Below are positions 38,255 through 47,782 of a stretch of 64,000 nucleotides of DNA, one piece after another. Below the pieces are notes generated by a model. The model saw nothing but the letters and a program-made list of their open reading frames with translations, did no database searches and was not told the DNA's origin. The position numbers and the translations under genes are program-made. Every line of letters begins with the position of its first letter. Positions within the stretch are counted from its first letter, which is position 1. This DNA is from Candidatus Gastranaerophilales bacterium. GTDB lineage: Bacteria; Cyanobacteriota; Vampirovibrionia; Gastranaerophilales; Gastranaerophilaceae. The stretch lies in assembly GCA_944323285.1 (NCBI GenBank), contig CALURV010000024.1, positions 38,893-102,892 of the forward strand, written 5' to 3'.

Positions 38255-38912
38255 TCTCTTTTATTGCTCCCTTTAAATTATTATAAATTGTATCTATATC
38301 TAAACTTGCATCTAACTGTGTTAACAAACCTCTATCATTATACAATTTCACAAGAGGTTCTGTTTGTTTAAAGTAGGTTTCAAAACGCTTTTTGGCAACT
38401 TCTTCTGTGTCATCTTCTCTTCTTATAAGTTCTCCGCCACATTTTTCGCACTTTGTTTTATCATTTAATGTCATTGTCTTTAAATTGTATATTGCTCCAC
38501 ATTTACTGCAGGAACGTCTATTTACAAGTCTTTCAACTAGCTTTTCTTGTGATACATTAAAATAGAATACTTGTAGTTCTGATTTTATATTTTTATCTAT
38601 TTCTTCTAATATATTATCAAGTGCTAATGCTTGTTCTAAACTTCTTGGATATCCATCAAGAATAAATCCTTTATTACAATCTTCTTTTAATAATCTGTTT
38701 TTAATGATTGTCGAAACTAATTCTATTGGCACTAATTGTCCGTTTTCCATATAACTATTAGCTAATTTACCGTTCTCACTTCCAGAAGCTACCTCTTCTC
38801 TTAATAGTGAACCGGTATCAATATGTGGCAGGTTGAATTCTTTTGATAATTTTTTTGTTTGTGTTCCTTTTCCACTTCCAGGCGGGCCTATAAATATAAA
38901 TTCTTTTTTCAT
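38241..38912 (-). CDS. adk: adenylate kinase (Zn-lid type)
   Basis: P-loop GPPGSGKGTQ, GFILDGYPR, and a four-Cys lid CSKCG...CEKCGG. Confidence 0.95.
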   Translation of the reverse strand: MKKEFIFIGPPGSGKGTQTKKLSKEFNLPHIDTGSLLREEVASGSENGKLANSYMENGQLVPIELVSTIIKNRLLKEDCNKGFILDGYPRSLEQALALDNILEEIDKNIKSELQVFYFNVSQEKLVERLVNRRSCSKCGAIYNLKTMTLNDKTKCEKCGGELIRREDDTEEVAKKRFETYFKQTEPLVKLYNDRGLLTQLDASLDIDTIYNNLKGAIKENVYS

Positions 38913-38973
38913 AATTTTCTCCTGCTTTGACTAGTTACTTCAAAATTATATCACATAATACTCTTTCAGCATT

Positions 38974-39002
38974 AAAAAAGAACCCTTATTGGGTTCTTTT
39001 TA
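38974..39002 (-). terminator. intrinsic terminator between secY and adk
   Basis: AGAACCC-AATAA-GGGTTCT hairpin with T6 on the minus strand, directly after the secY stop. Confidence 0.75.
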
Positions 39003-39019
39003 ATTTTTACTGAATTAAT

Positions 39020-40363
39020 TTATTGTTTTAAGAAACTTTCGTAGTTCTTTGGTAATAAATTAGTTCTTACTTGATTTATAAAATCAAGTGCAACACCAAC
39101 CATAATTATTAATGAGGTTGCTCCAATTCCGTGAAGTGTTGTAATTCCTGTAATACTACAAGCAATAGAAGGAATTAAAGCAACAATACCAAGTCCAAAA
39201 GCACCTATAAAGGTAGTTTTGCTTAAAATTTTATCCAATGCTTCTGCTGTTGGTTTCCCTGGCTTTATTCCGGGAATTGATGAGCCATATTTTTTTAAAT
39301 TTGTTGCTATTTCTTTTGGTTGTAAATTAGGAATTATTGAAGCATAGAAGAATGTTAATCCTACAATCAGTGCAAAATATATTGCATTATATAAAAAACC
39401 TGAAGGGTTCAAGGCATTCGATATAAATACTAATATGCTGCCAAAAGTTCCGTTACTCATATTTGCTCTTCCAACAAGCTCTATTATTGTAGTTGGAAAT
39501 AGTAATATTGCTATAGCAAAAATTATTGGCATTACACCGCCTGGATTTAACTTAAAAGGAATAAATGTATTTGTCCCGCCATATACTTTATTTCCTACTT
39601 GTCTTCTTGGATTTACAATAATAACTTTTCTAGCTGCTTCTTGCATTATTACGATAAATATCATTGTAGCAAAAAATATTAGCAATAATAATATTAAGCC
39701 GGGTTGTAATGAAGAATTACCGGATACTAATGTTGCTGTTTGTTTTGTATAGAATGGGATTTTAGAAATAATACCGCAAAATATTAACATTGAAGCACCG
39801 TTTCCAATTCCTCTTTCTGTCATTAATTCTGCAAGCCACATTGTAAATGCTGAACCGGCTGTCATTATAATTATAGAGCCAATTGCAAATGCCACTATAT
39901 TTACGTCAGGCATTATTGCTCCCCTTGCTGTCTTTAGTAAATATATTACAAATACCATTGACTGCAAAGCTGCTATTACTATTGTGAAAATTCTTGTATA
40001 TTGAGAAAGTTTTCTTCTCCCTGCTTCACCCTCTTCTTTTTGCAGTTGTTCTAATTGAGGAATAACTACCGCTAATAACTGCATTATAATTGATGCTGTT
40101 ATATAAGGTCCTATCCCTAACGCGATTATTGATACATTTCCAAGAGCACCCCCTGAAAACATATCTAGAAATCCAATTAGATTATTTGTTGCAGCTAAAT
40201 TTGCAAAATTTTGTGCATCAATGCCAAATAATGGTAATTGAGCACACAATCTGAATATCATTATCATTGCAAGTGTAAATATTATTTTATTTTTTAAACC
40301 GGCTATGTTTAAATTAGATAACATTGCTTGCAAATTTTGCTGATTTGGTGTGTATTGTTGCAT
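39020..40363 (-). CDS. secY: preprotein translocase subunit SecY
   Basis: 10-TM protein with GIGPYITASIIMQLL and GNGASMLIF motifs, in the spc context after rplO. Confidence 0.95.
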   Translation of the reverse strand: MQQYTPNQQNLQAMLSNLNIAGLKNKIIFTLAMIMIFRLCAQLPLFGIDAQNFANLAATNNLIGFLDMFSGGALGNVSIIALGIGPYITASIIMQLLAVVIPQLEQLQKEEGEAGRRKLSQYTRIFTIVIAALQSMVFVIYLLKTARGAIMPDVNIVAFAIGSIIIMTAGSAFTMWLAELMTERGIGNGASMLIFCGIISKIPFYTKQTATLVSGNSSLQPGLILLLLIFFATMIFIVIMQEAARKVIIVNPRRQVGNKVYGGTNTFIPFKLNPGGVMPIIFAIAILLFPTTIIELVGRANMSNGTFGSILVFISNALNPSGFLYNAIYFALIVGLTFFYASIIPNLQPKEIATNLKKYGSSIPGIKPGKPTAEALDKILSKTTFIGAFGLGIVALIPSIACSITGITTLHGIGATSLIIMVGVALDFINQVRTNLLPKNYESFLKQ

Positions 40364-40815
40364 TATACTAACTGTGCCTTTCCACCTGCTTTTTCAATTT
40401 TTTCTTTCGCTGATTCTGTAAAGTATCTTGCACTCACATTTACTGCTTTTGATAGTTCCCCATTGCCTAATACTCTTAGTGCTTGTGCCTTTGAATCAAC
40501 TTTTCCTTCTGCTTTTAATGATTCTAAAGTTATTTCATTTGCTTGTACATTAGACAACTCACCTACATTAATTGCAGCATAACATATTGCATTAAAATTT
40601 TTAAATCCTTTTAATTTTGGCATTTGTCTGTAACCAGGCATCTGTCCACCTTCAAATCCTCTTTTTGAAGATCTTCCGGCTCTTTGTCCTTCACCGTTGT
40701 TGCCGCGACAAGATGTTTTACCCATGCCTGATGATCTGCCTCTGCCTACTCTCTTTATTTTTCCGGTAGCACCTTCTGCCGGTCTTAAATCTTCTATTTT
40801 TATTCTTTCTGTCAT
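40363..40815 (-). CDS. rplO: 50S ribosomal protein L15
   Basis: RVGRGRSSGMGKTSCRGNNGEGQRAG...GFEGGQMP canonical L15. Confidence 0.95.
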   Translation of the reverse strand: MTERIKIEDLRPAEGATGKIKRVGRGRSSGMGKTSCRGNNGEGQRAGRSSKRGFEGGQMPGYRQMPKLKGFKNFNAICYAAINVGELSNVQANEITLESLKAEGKVDSKAQALRVLGNGELSKAVNVSARYFTESAKEKIEKAGGKAQLV

Positions 40816-40833
40816 TTTAAATTACCTTTCTTA

Positions 40834-41016
40834 TTACTCAGCTACCTTTAATAAGTGAGAGATTGCATTTACCATACCCTTTATTACCGCTGTATTTTTA
40901 TGTTCAACAGTTTGGTCTTTTTTTGTTAATCCTAAAGCTTTTGCAACTCTTCTTTGTTTCTCAGTTGAGCCTATTAAACTTTTTACTAATGTGATTTTTA
41001 TATTTTTATTTGCCAT
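40834..41016 (-). CDS. rpmD: 50S ribosomal protein L30
   Basis: 60 aa; IKITLVKSLIGSTEKQRRVAKALGL. Confidence 0.9.
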   Translation of the reverse strand: MANKNIKITLVKSLIGSTEKQRRVAKALGLTKKDQTVEHKNTAVIKGMVNAISHLLKVAE

Positions 41017-41029
41017 TTTTACTTTCCTC

Positions 41030-41569
41030 TTAATTTAGCATATTTTTTAATGATAATCCGCGTCTTTTTGCAACTACATCAAATGGTTTCAATGATTGAA
41101 GTGCTTTTAATGTAGCATTTGCAGCATTTAATGGAGATTTAGAACCTAATGATTTACTTAATATGTTTTCTATTCCGGCAAGCTCTAATACTGCACGTAC
41201 TGCACCACCAGCAATAACTCCTGTACCTTGTGATGCCGGTTTTAGCATTACACTGCCTGCTCCTGATGTTCCTGTTATTGGGTGCGGAATTGTTGTTTTG
41301 AAGATTGGTACTGTTATTAAATTTTTACGTCCGTCTGCTACTGCTTTTTGTATTGCTACAATTACTTCTGATGCTTTTGCACAGCCTACACCTACTTGTC
41401 CGTTTTTATTTCCTACTACTACTATAGCTCTGAAACTTAACTTTTTACCACCTTTTACAACTTTTGTTACTCTTCTTACTTGAATAACTTGTTCTTTCCA
41501 TTCTGTTTGTTGTGTTTCAACTACAGTTTCAACTTTTCTCTTTTTACTTTTTGTTTTAGTTTCTTCCAC
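41030..41569 (-). CDS. rpsE: 30S ribosomal protein S5
   Basis: [39 protein letters not shown]...; has a basic N-terminal extension. Confidence 0.95.
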   Translation of the reverse strand: MEETKTKSKKRKVETVVETQQTEWKEQVIQVRRVTKVVKGGKKLSFRAIVVVGNKNGQVGVGCAKASEVIVAIQKAVADGRKNLITVPIFKTTIPHPITGTSGAGSVMLKPASQGTGVIAGGAVRAVLELAGIENILSKSLGSKSPLNAANATLKALQSLKPFDVVAKRRGLSLKNMLN

Positions 41570-41724
41570 TTTAATTGCCTTTCATATATTATGTATCCTT
41601 AAAAATAAAAAAACATGTTATACAACCTTTACCTACCTTAGCATAAGTATTTTTGTTGCTTTCATGTTATGTGTTGGATTTATATTTTTCTGACAATTTT
41701 ATGTTATTACATAAATATTTAATT

Positions 41725-42576
41725 TCAAGTACTTTTTTTATCCAGCTTAATATATTTTGATTCTTTCCAAGACAAATCTATATATTTTATATTTTCTTTT
41801 AACATTTTTACTTCTGGCAATATATCTCTAATTGCTTTTATCCTTTCAAACACTGAAACGTCAAGCTCTCCAAGCCTTATTTTTACACTAGTAAGCTGGA
41901 CAAATACATTATGCGGTTGTCTTAAATCTATATATTCTACTTTCTCTTTAGAATAATTTTCTATATTTTTTGCTAGATTATATAAGTTCGCAATTTTTTT
42001 ACCATCCCACTTCTCATAATCATCGCCTTGTGTTCCGTAACTTAGTACTTTTACTACTTTATAGCTATCATCAAGAGGTAAATATTCTTTTTGTATAATT
42101 TCTCCAGTAATTGCAAATGCTATAATTGCTTGTGATTCTTCCGTTGGTGAAACTATTATAGCTGGAGTTACTTCTTCTATCATTACTACTAATCTCGCAG
42201 GTAGCCAGAATCTTCTTACATAAGCTCTTTTTATAGGTTTTAATGTCTCTATCTGTTGTGCTATAGGTGCAGGATCTATTTTGTATATTGGCTTTTTTTG
42301 GAGATTTATTTTTTTCATCTCTCCTACGATTTTTTCTTTTTTTACAATTTTATTTCCTAAAATTTCAATTTGATTACTATTTGGATTTGTATAAATATCA
42401 TTTGGAAGATACCAATAATGTGACATTAAAACACGATACACTCCATAAAATATTATGAGTATAAATATAAATCTTATTAATTTATATATTCTTCGTATTG
42501 TTATTTCACCTCGTCTTGCTTTTCTACGAAGTTTATGTTGTTTTATTCTTCTTTCTACTGAATATTCATTTGACAT
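41725..42576 (-). CDS. ftsQ: cell-division protein FtsQ/DivIB (POTRA)
   Basis: Basic N-terminus, single TM, POTRA-like IEILGNKIVKKEKI, in the position after ddl in the dcw cluster. Confidence 0.65.
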   Translation of the reverse strand: MSNEYSVERRIKQHKLRRKARRGEITIRRIYKLIRFIFILIIFYGVYRVLMSHYWYLPNDIYTNPNSNQIEILGNKIVKKEKIVGEMKKINLQKKPIYKIDPAPIAQQIETLKPIKRAYVRRFWLPARLVVMIEEVTPAIIVSPTEESQAIIAFAITGEIIQKEYLPLDDSYKVVKVLSYGTQGDDYEKWDGKKIANLYNLAKNIENYSKEKVEYIDLRQPHNVFVQLTSVKIRLGELDVSVFERIKAIRDILPEVKMLKENIKYIDLSWKESKYIKLDKKST

Positions 42577-43530
42577 TTATTTATTTAAACCTGCATTGTT
42601 TAAAATTAATAATACTAAATCATCGTAAGAAATTCCCATTACTAAAGATTGAGCAGGCAAATCGCTTGTATCCGTCATTCCTGGACTTGTATTTATTTCA
42701 AGAAAATATGGACTATCATTCATTATCATAAAATCTATTCTTGATACTCCTGAACAACCTGCTGTCTTATGGGCTTCTATTGATATTTCTTTTATTTCTT
42801 TTGTTGCTTTTTCTGATAATGATGTTGATGGTACTATAAAATCTGACATTCCTTTTGTATATTTAGCTTCATAGTCGTACCATTCATTTTTTGGTCTTAT
42901 CTCTAGTATTTCTGTTGCAAATGTTTCATTGCCTTTTTCTAATACACCTACTGTTACAAAATAACCGTTAATAAATTCTTCAACTAATACGTCATCATTA
43001 AATTTTGTTGCTTCTTTATATGCAGGCATAAGTTCTTCTTTTGTATTTACTTTAGTCATTCCAAAACTAGAACCTTCACATACTGGTTTTGTTATGATAG
43101 GATAGTTTAAGTTTTTACATTTTTCTAATACGTCTTCACCTTTTCTTACAAATACAGATTTTATTAAAGGAATTTTTTTGTTTGAGGATAATACTCTTTT
43201 TGTATATTCTTTATTCATACATATAGAACTTGCCATTACGCCGCTTCCTGTATAAGGAATTTTTAAAATTTCCAATATTCCTTGTATACATCCGTCTTCA
43301 CCATATTTACCATGAAGCGCATTATATGCAACTTCTATGTTCTTCTCTATTAATGTATTTGATATATTCTTATCTACATCTATAATTTGGGCATTTTTAT
43401 ATCCTAATCTTATTAAGGCATCTAAAACATTTTTCCCTGATCTTAGCGAAACTTCTCTTTCGCTTGATAAGCCTCCACATAATACCCCTATTTTTGTATT
43501 TTCTGAATATTTTCTGTAATTGTTTCCCAT
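42577..43530 (-). CDS. ddl: D-alanine--D-alanine ligase
   Basis: IGVLCGGLSSEREVSL, HGKYGEDGCIQG, ATP-grasp, EINTSPGMT. Confidence 0.9.
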   Translation of the reverse strand: MGNNYRKYSENTKIGVLCGGLSSEREVSLRSGKNVLDALIRLGYKNAQIIDVDKNISNTLIEKNIEVAYNALHGKYGEDGCIQGILEILKIPYTGSGVMASSICMNKEYTKRVLSSNKKIPLIKSVFVRKGEDVLEKCKNLNYPIITKPVCEGSSFGMTKVNTKEELMPAYKEATKFNDDVLVEEFINGYFVTVGVLEKGNETFATEILEIRPKNEWYDYEAKYTKGMSDFIVPSTSLSEKATKEIKEISIEAHKTAGCSGVSRIDFMIMNDSPYFLEINTSPGMTDTSDLPAQSLVMGISYDDLVLLILNNAGLNK

Positions 43531-44408
43531 ATTTTATTCTCTTCTGTTCCTTTATTTCCTATATACTTGATTTCTGGTACTAGTTTTATTGTATATTTCT
43601 CTTTTACTTTTGATTGCATTCTATACATTAATTTTAATACATCTGTCGATGTTGCATTATCTTTATTTATTATAAAATTTGCATGTTTGTCAAAAACCAT
43701 TGCTCCGCCCTCTTTTTCTCCTTTCATTTCACATAAATCAAGTAATCTACCTGCTGAATCATTGGCCGGATTTTTAAATATGCTTCCTGCATTTGGATAT
43801 GTTAAAGAGGGCTGTCTTGTTTTTCTGAACTCAATATTTCTTTTCATTATCTCATTTATATCGTCTTCATTACCTTTTTTTAGTTCGAATTCTGCATTTA
43901 AAATAATATAATTATTATTTGTAACAACAGACTCTCTATATCTAAAATTCATTTCTTCTTTATTTAGTGTTATTATTTTTTTATTTTTTATATCATATAA
44001 GTTTGCTCTTATAAATGAATCAGATATAGATTGGTTATGTGCAGAGGCATTCATACATATCATTCCACCGAAACTGCCCGGAAATCCTATTAAAAATTCA
44101 AATCCGCTTAAAACCCTTTTTCGGCATTCACTTGATATAATTGGTCCTTTTGTTCCGCATGAAACATTTATTCTGCATCCATTTATAAAATATTTATTCA
44201 ATTTTTCTGTTAAAATTATTGATTTATCAATATATTCAGATGAAAATAATATATTTGAGCAATTGCCAAGTACATAATCATATTCTTCTGTACTTAATAA
44301 ATTAATAAGTTCTTCTATAGTTTCTGGAAATGCAACTTTTTTTACGTTGCCACCAATTTTAAATGTTGAATGTTTTTTTATATTGTAATTATTGTATACT
44401 ATGGTCAA
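43488..44408 (-). CDS. murB: UDP-N-acetylenolpyruvoylglucosamine reductase
   Basis: FKIGG, GNCSNILF, PGSFGG, RQPSLTYPNAGSIFKNP. Confidence 0.9.
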   Translation of the reverse strand: MTIVYNNYNIKKHSTFKIGGNVKKVAFPETIEELINLLSTEEYDYVLGNCSNILFSSEYIDKSIILTEKLNKYFINGCRINVSCGTKGPIISSECRKRVLSGFEFLIGFPGSFGGMICMNASAHNQSISDSFIRANLYDIKNKKIITLNKEEMNFRYRESVVTNNNYIILNAEFELKKGNEDDINEIMKRNIEFRKTRQPSLTYPNAGSIFKNPANDSAGRLLDLCEMKGEKEGGAMVFDKHANFIINKDNATSTDVLKLMYRMQSKVKEKYTIKLVPEIKYIGNKGTEENKIWETITENIQKIQK

Positions 44409-44409
44409 C

Positions 44410-45810
44410 TTAATTTTTTCCCTCTAAATTATTTATTAAGGCTTTACCGAATTTTGTTATATCACCTGCTCCTAATGTTATCACTATATCACCTTTTTTT
44501 AGCTCGGGATATATTCTATAAGCAGCTTCTTCTATACTTCCTGATATGTATTGTGAATTCTTATTCTCAATTTCTTTGGAAAAGGTTTTTGAATTTATAT
44601 TGGGTATTTCATCTTCTCCAGCGGAATATACATCTGTTATATAAACGATATCTGCACAATTAAATGCTGTTTTAAAATCATTCCATAACCCTTGAAGTCT
44701 TGTATATCTGTGTGGCTGAAATATTGCTACTAGTCTATTTGTTTTTTTTATCGAATTTTTGACACTATTTAAAGTTGTTTTTATCTCACTTGGATGATGA
44801 GCATAATCATCATATATATTTATTTCATTATATTCTCCAACTTTTTGAAATCTTCTTCCCATGCCTGAGAATCTTGAAAAATAATCTTTTATATTTTTTA
44901 TATCAATTTCTGATTCTATAAGTGCTGCTATAACACCTAATGCGTTATATATGTTGTGTTCTCCTGGTATAATTATTTTAAATGTATCTATATATTTTTC
45001 ATTTTTATATACATCAAATTGTGATGTTAAGCCCTCTTTTTGTACATTTTGTGCCATATACGTAGACTTATTTTTTAGTCCAAATGTTATGTAATTATAT
45101 TCTCTATATAATTCTATAAATTTTCTGTTTCCTATATTATCATTGTTAATTATAACTTTCTGGTTTTTATTATTTGACAAATATTTGCCAAAAGTTTTTG
45201 CAATATCAATAAAGCCATTTTTATAGTAATCAAGATGGTCTTCCTCCATATTATTAATTACTGCAATATCTGTAGAATATTTTTGTATTGTTCCATCTGA
45301 TTCGTCTAATTCTGCTATAAAATATTTTTCGTGATTATACTTACCATTTGTATTAATTTCTGGAATAATTCCTCCAACAATATATGAAGGAGAAAATCCA
45401 CCTTTTTCTAAAACATAAGCACATAATCCACTTGTTGTTGTTTTGCCATGTGTACCTGAAAAACCTATAAAATAAGCCCCGCTTTTTTGTGCAAATTCAT
45501 CTGATATCATTTTTAATATGTCAGAACGATGGTATATTTTTAAATTAAGCTCTTTTGCTCTTTGAATTTCAGGATTATCATCATGTATCGCACTACTTGC
45601 AATTATAATCATATCTTTTGAAATATATTCTTTCTTATGTCCAATATTAATTTTAACTCCAATGTTGTTTAATAATTTTGTATATTTACTCTCTTGTATA
45701 TCAGAACCAGATATTGTTGCACCTCTTTCTCTTAAATACTTTGCTAGTGCACTCATTCCAACTCCGCCAATTGCTATAAAATGAAAATGTTTATTAGCTA
45801 TATTTTCCAT
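44410..45810 (-). CDS. murC: UDP-N-acetylmuramate--L-alanine ligase
   Basis: HFIAIGGVGMSALA, GTHGKTTT and DDYAHHP Mur-ligase motifs. Confidence 0.95.
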   Translation of the reverse strand: MENIANKHFHFIAIGGVGMSALAKYLRERGATISGSDIQESKYTKLLNNIGVKINIGHKKEYISKDMIIIASSAIHDDNPEIQRAKELNLKIYHRSDILKMISDEFAQKSGAYFIGFSGTHGKTTTSGLCAYVLEKGGFSPSYIVGGIIPEINTNGKYNHEKYFIAELDESDGTIQKYSTDIAVINNMEEDHLDYYKNGFIDIAKTFGKYLSNNKNQKVIINNDNIGNRKFIELYREYNYITFGLKNKSTYMAQNVQKEGLTSQFDVYKNEKYIDTFKIIIPGEHNIYNALGVIAALIESEIDIKNIKDYFSRFSGMGRRFQKVGEYNEINIYDDYAHHPSEIKTTLNSVKNSIKKTNRLVAIFQPHRYTRLQGLWNDFKTAFNCADIVYITDVYSAGEDEIPNINSKTFSKEIENKNSQYISGSIEEAAYRIYPELKKGDIVITLGAGDITKFGKALINNLEGKN

Positions 45811-45956
45811 GGTTTTTCTCTTTTTGTATTCTACTTTTATAATTTTATTATAAAAATATTAAATATTATTTTCTATTTTTTCAATTTTTTAAATAGTTGA
45901 ATTATTATTGAAATAATTGTACAATGAGGACACTTCAGTATGAATAAGAGGTTAAT

Positions 45957-47288
45957 ATGAAATTACACGTACAAACATTATTTGTAGCCATAGGTCTTGG
46001 TATAAAGAGAAATTGGCATATTTTTCTTGCTATTATTGCAGGTGTGATTTTCGGTAATTATATTCACGAAAATCCTGGATTTTTAGTACCATTTGTTAAA
46101 GTTCTCAATATTATTGGTCAAGCATTTATCAGAATTATTCAAATGGTTGTTATTCCTCTAGTTTGTAGTGCCATTGTAGTTGGTATATCTAGTATTGGTG
46201 ACAGCAAACAAATAGGTAAATTTGGTAAAAAGATGATTCTTTACTATGGGATTATAACTGTACTTGCTGTTGCACTTGGTGCTTTTCTTGTTTTAGCTAT
46301 AAAACCAGGTATTGGGGTTCAAAGTTATATTAGTCAAGCGTCTGCTTTAGAACTTCAAAATCAAGTAAATAGTGTAATTACTGCTCAAAAAGGACAACTT
46401 GGGAACATGTTTTTGAATATGATTCCTCAAAATCCTTTAGAATCTTTATCTAAAGGTGAAATGATTCCTATTATTTTCTTTGCCTTAATTTTTTCTTTAG
46501 CATTATCTAAAGTTGGAGAAATTAATAGACCAATTGTTTCTTTCTTTGAGTCTGTTTTCGCAGCAACAATGAAACTTACTGATTGGATTATGATTTTTGC
46601 AGCTCCAGGTATTTTTGCTCTAACTACAGTTGCAGTATCTTCTTTTGGTTTAAGTATATTTAATACTATTTCTAAGTTTTTTGCTGTAATATTTGTTGGG
46701 TTCATTTTGCAGCTACTTGTTGTTTATCCGTTGATATTAAAATTCTTTAGTAAGGTTCCGGTTGGTACTTTATATACCGCTGTAATTGAAGCTTTATTAG
46801 TTGCGTTTGGTACCGCATCAAGTAGTGCTACTCTCCCATTAACTATTGCTTGTTGTGAAAAAAGAGGAATTTCTCATAAAGTTTGCAGTTTTGTACTTCC
46901 TTTAGGTGCAACTTTGAATATGGATGGTACAGCTTTATTTCAAACAGTTGCCGTTATATTTTTAACTCAAGCATACGGTATTACTATAGAACCATTGCAA
47001 GTTATTCAAATAATGATATTAGCTATTATTGCTTCAAGTACTAGTGCAGGTATTCCTGGTGCCGGTTTGATTACTATTGCTCTTGTTTTAAATGGATTAG
47101 GCTTAACACCACAGCAAATGGTTGAAGGCTTTGCTTTCTTATTCGCTATTGATAGAGTTGTTGATATGCTTAGAACAACTGTTAATGTTGCTAGTGATGC
47201 TGTAGTTGCCGCTGTTATTGCTGATAATGAAAATGAAATTAACTATGATTTATTAAATAATACCGAAGAATATAAAGAAATTATTTAA
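45957..47288 (+). CDS. dicarboxylate/amino acid:cation symporter (DAACS family)
   Basis: Polytopic; GTASSSATLP and NMDGTALF hairpin motifs, AIDRVVDMLRTTVNV. Confidence 0.85.
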   Translation: MKLHVQTLFVAIGLGIKRNWHIFLAIIAGVIFGNYIHENPGFLVPFVKVLNIIGQAFIRIIQMVVIPLVCSAIVVGISSIGDSKQIGKFGKKMILYYGIITVLAVALGAFLVLAIKPGIGVQSYISQASALELQNQVNSVITAQKGQLGNMFLNMIPQNPLESLSKGEMIPIIFFALIFSLALSKVGEINRPIVSFFESVFAATMKLTDWIMIFAAPGIFALTTVAVSSFGLSIFNTISKFFAVIFVGFILQLLVVYPLILKFFSKVPVGTLYTAVIEALLVAFGTASSSATLPLTIACCEKRGISHKVCSFVLPLGATLNMDGTALFQTVAVIFLTQAYGITIEPLQVIQIMILAIIASSTSAGIPGAGLITIALVLNGLGLTPQQMVEGFAFLFAIDRVVDMLRTTVNVASDAVVAAVIADNENEINYDLLNNTEEYKEII

Positions 47289-47308
47289 TTATTTATTTAT
47301 ATTTAAGA

Positions 47309-47338
47309 TAAAAGCTCCATTTTAGGAGCTTTTATTTT
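47309..47338 (+). terminator. intrinsic terminator after the symporter gene
   Basis: AAAGCTCC-ATTTTA-GGAGCTTT followed by a T-run. Confidence 0.75.
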
Positions 47339-47341
47339 GTC

Positions 47342-47370
47342 AAAAAAAAAACTCTCTTTCGAGAGTTTTA
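47342..47370 (-). terminator. intrinsic terminator after the small Cys-rich gene
   Basis: Minus strand reads AAAACTCTC-GAAA-GAGAGTTTT followed by T10. Confidence 0.75.
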
Positions 47371-47374
47371 TATT

Positions 47375-47593
47375 TTAATCTACCAAAACTTGTTGAATTT
47401 CAACATTTGGTTTTCCCAATACTCTCACCAATTCTAAAACGGATGCTTTCATCTGACAACGTTGAGATGTTCCGTTAAAAAAGTCCGTATAAAAACAACC
47501 TTCACAAACACAACCTCTTTTATAACACTCTAAAGCTGTATTTGTCCATCTTCTAACTGCGATGGATCTACCCATATCTCTGCTTCTAAGCAC
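47375..47593 (-). CDS. small cysteine-rich protein (72 aa), function unknown
   Basis: GTG start 8 nt after AAGGAGG, with its own terminator. Cys pattern ECYKRGCVCEGC...C suggests a metal-binding site. Confidence 0.5.
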   Translation of the reverse strand: MLRSRDMGRSIAVRRWTNTALECYKRGCVCEGCFYTDFFNGTSQRCQMKASVLELVRVLGKPNVEIQQVLVD

Positions 47594-47782
47594 TAGAAAT
47601 TCCTCCTTGAATTTATCCCCAAATAATTTTGTAATGTATTGTTTTTAAGCATGTACATTCCTTAATTACTTATTTATATTATATCTGTTTAGATTAGTAT
47701 TTCAATAAAAATTTAGTCAATTATTACGTTATGATACAATTTGTAATATTATATGACTTTGTATATTATATTTATCTGTTGA

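Noticed and set aside
43488-43530. 43-nt same-strand overlap between the murB 3' end and the ddl start, considered as a possible frameshift or fusion.
   Set aside because: Both proteins are full length with intact terminal motifs. An overlap with translational coupling is sufficient, and ddl may also use a non-ATG start downstream that I cannot pin down by eye.
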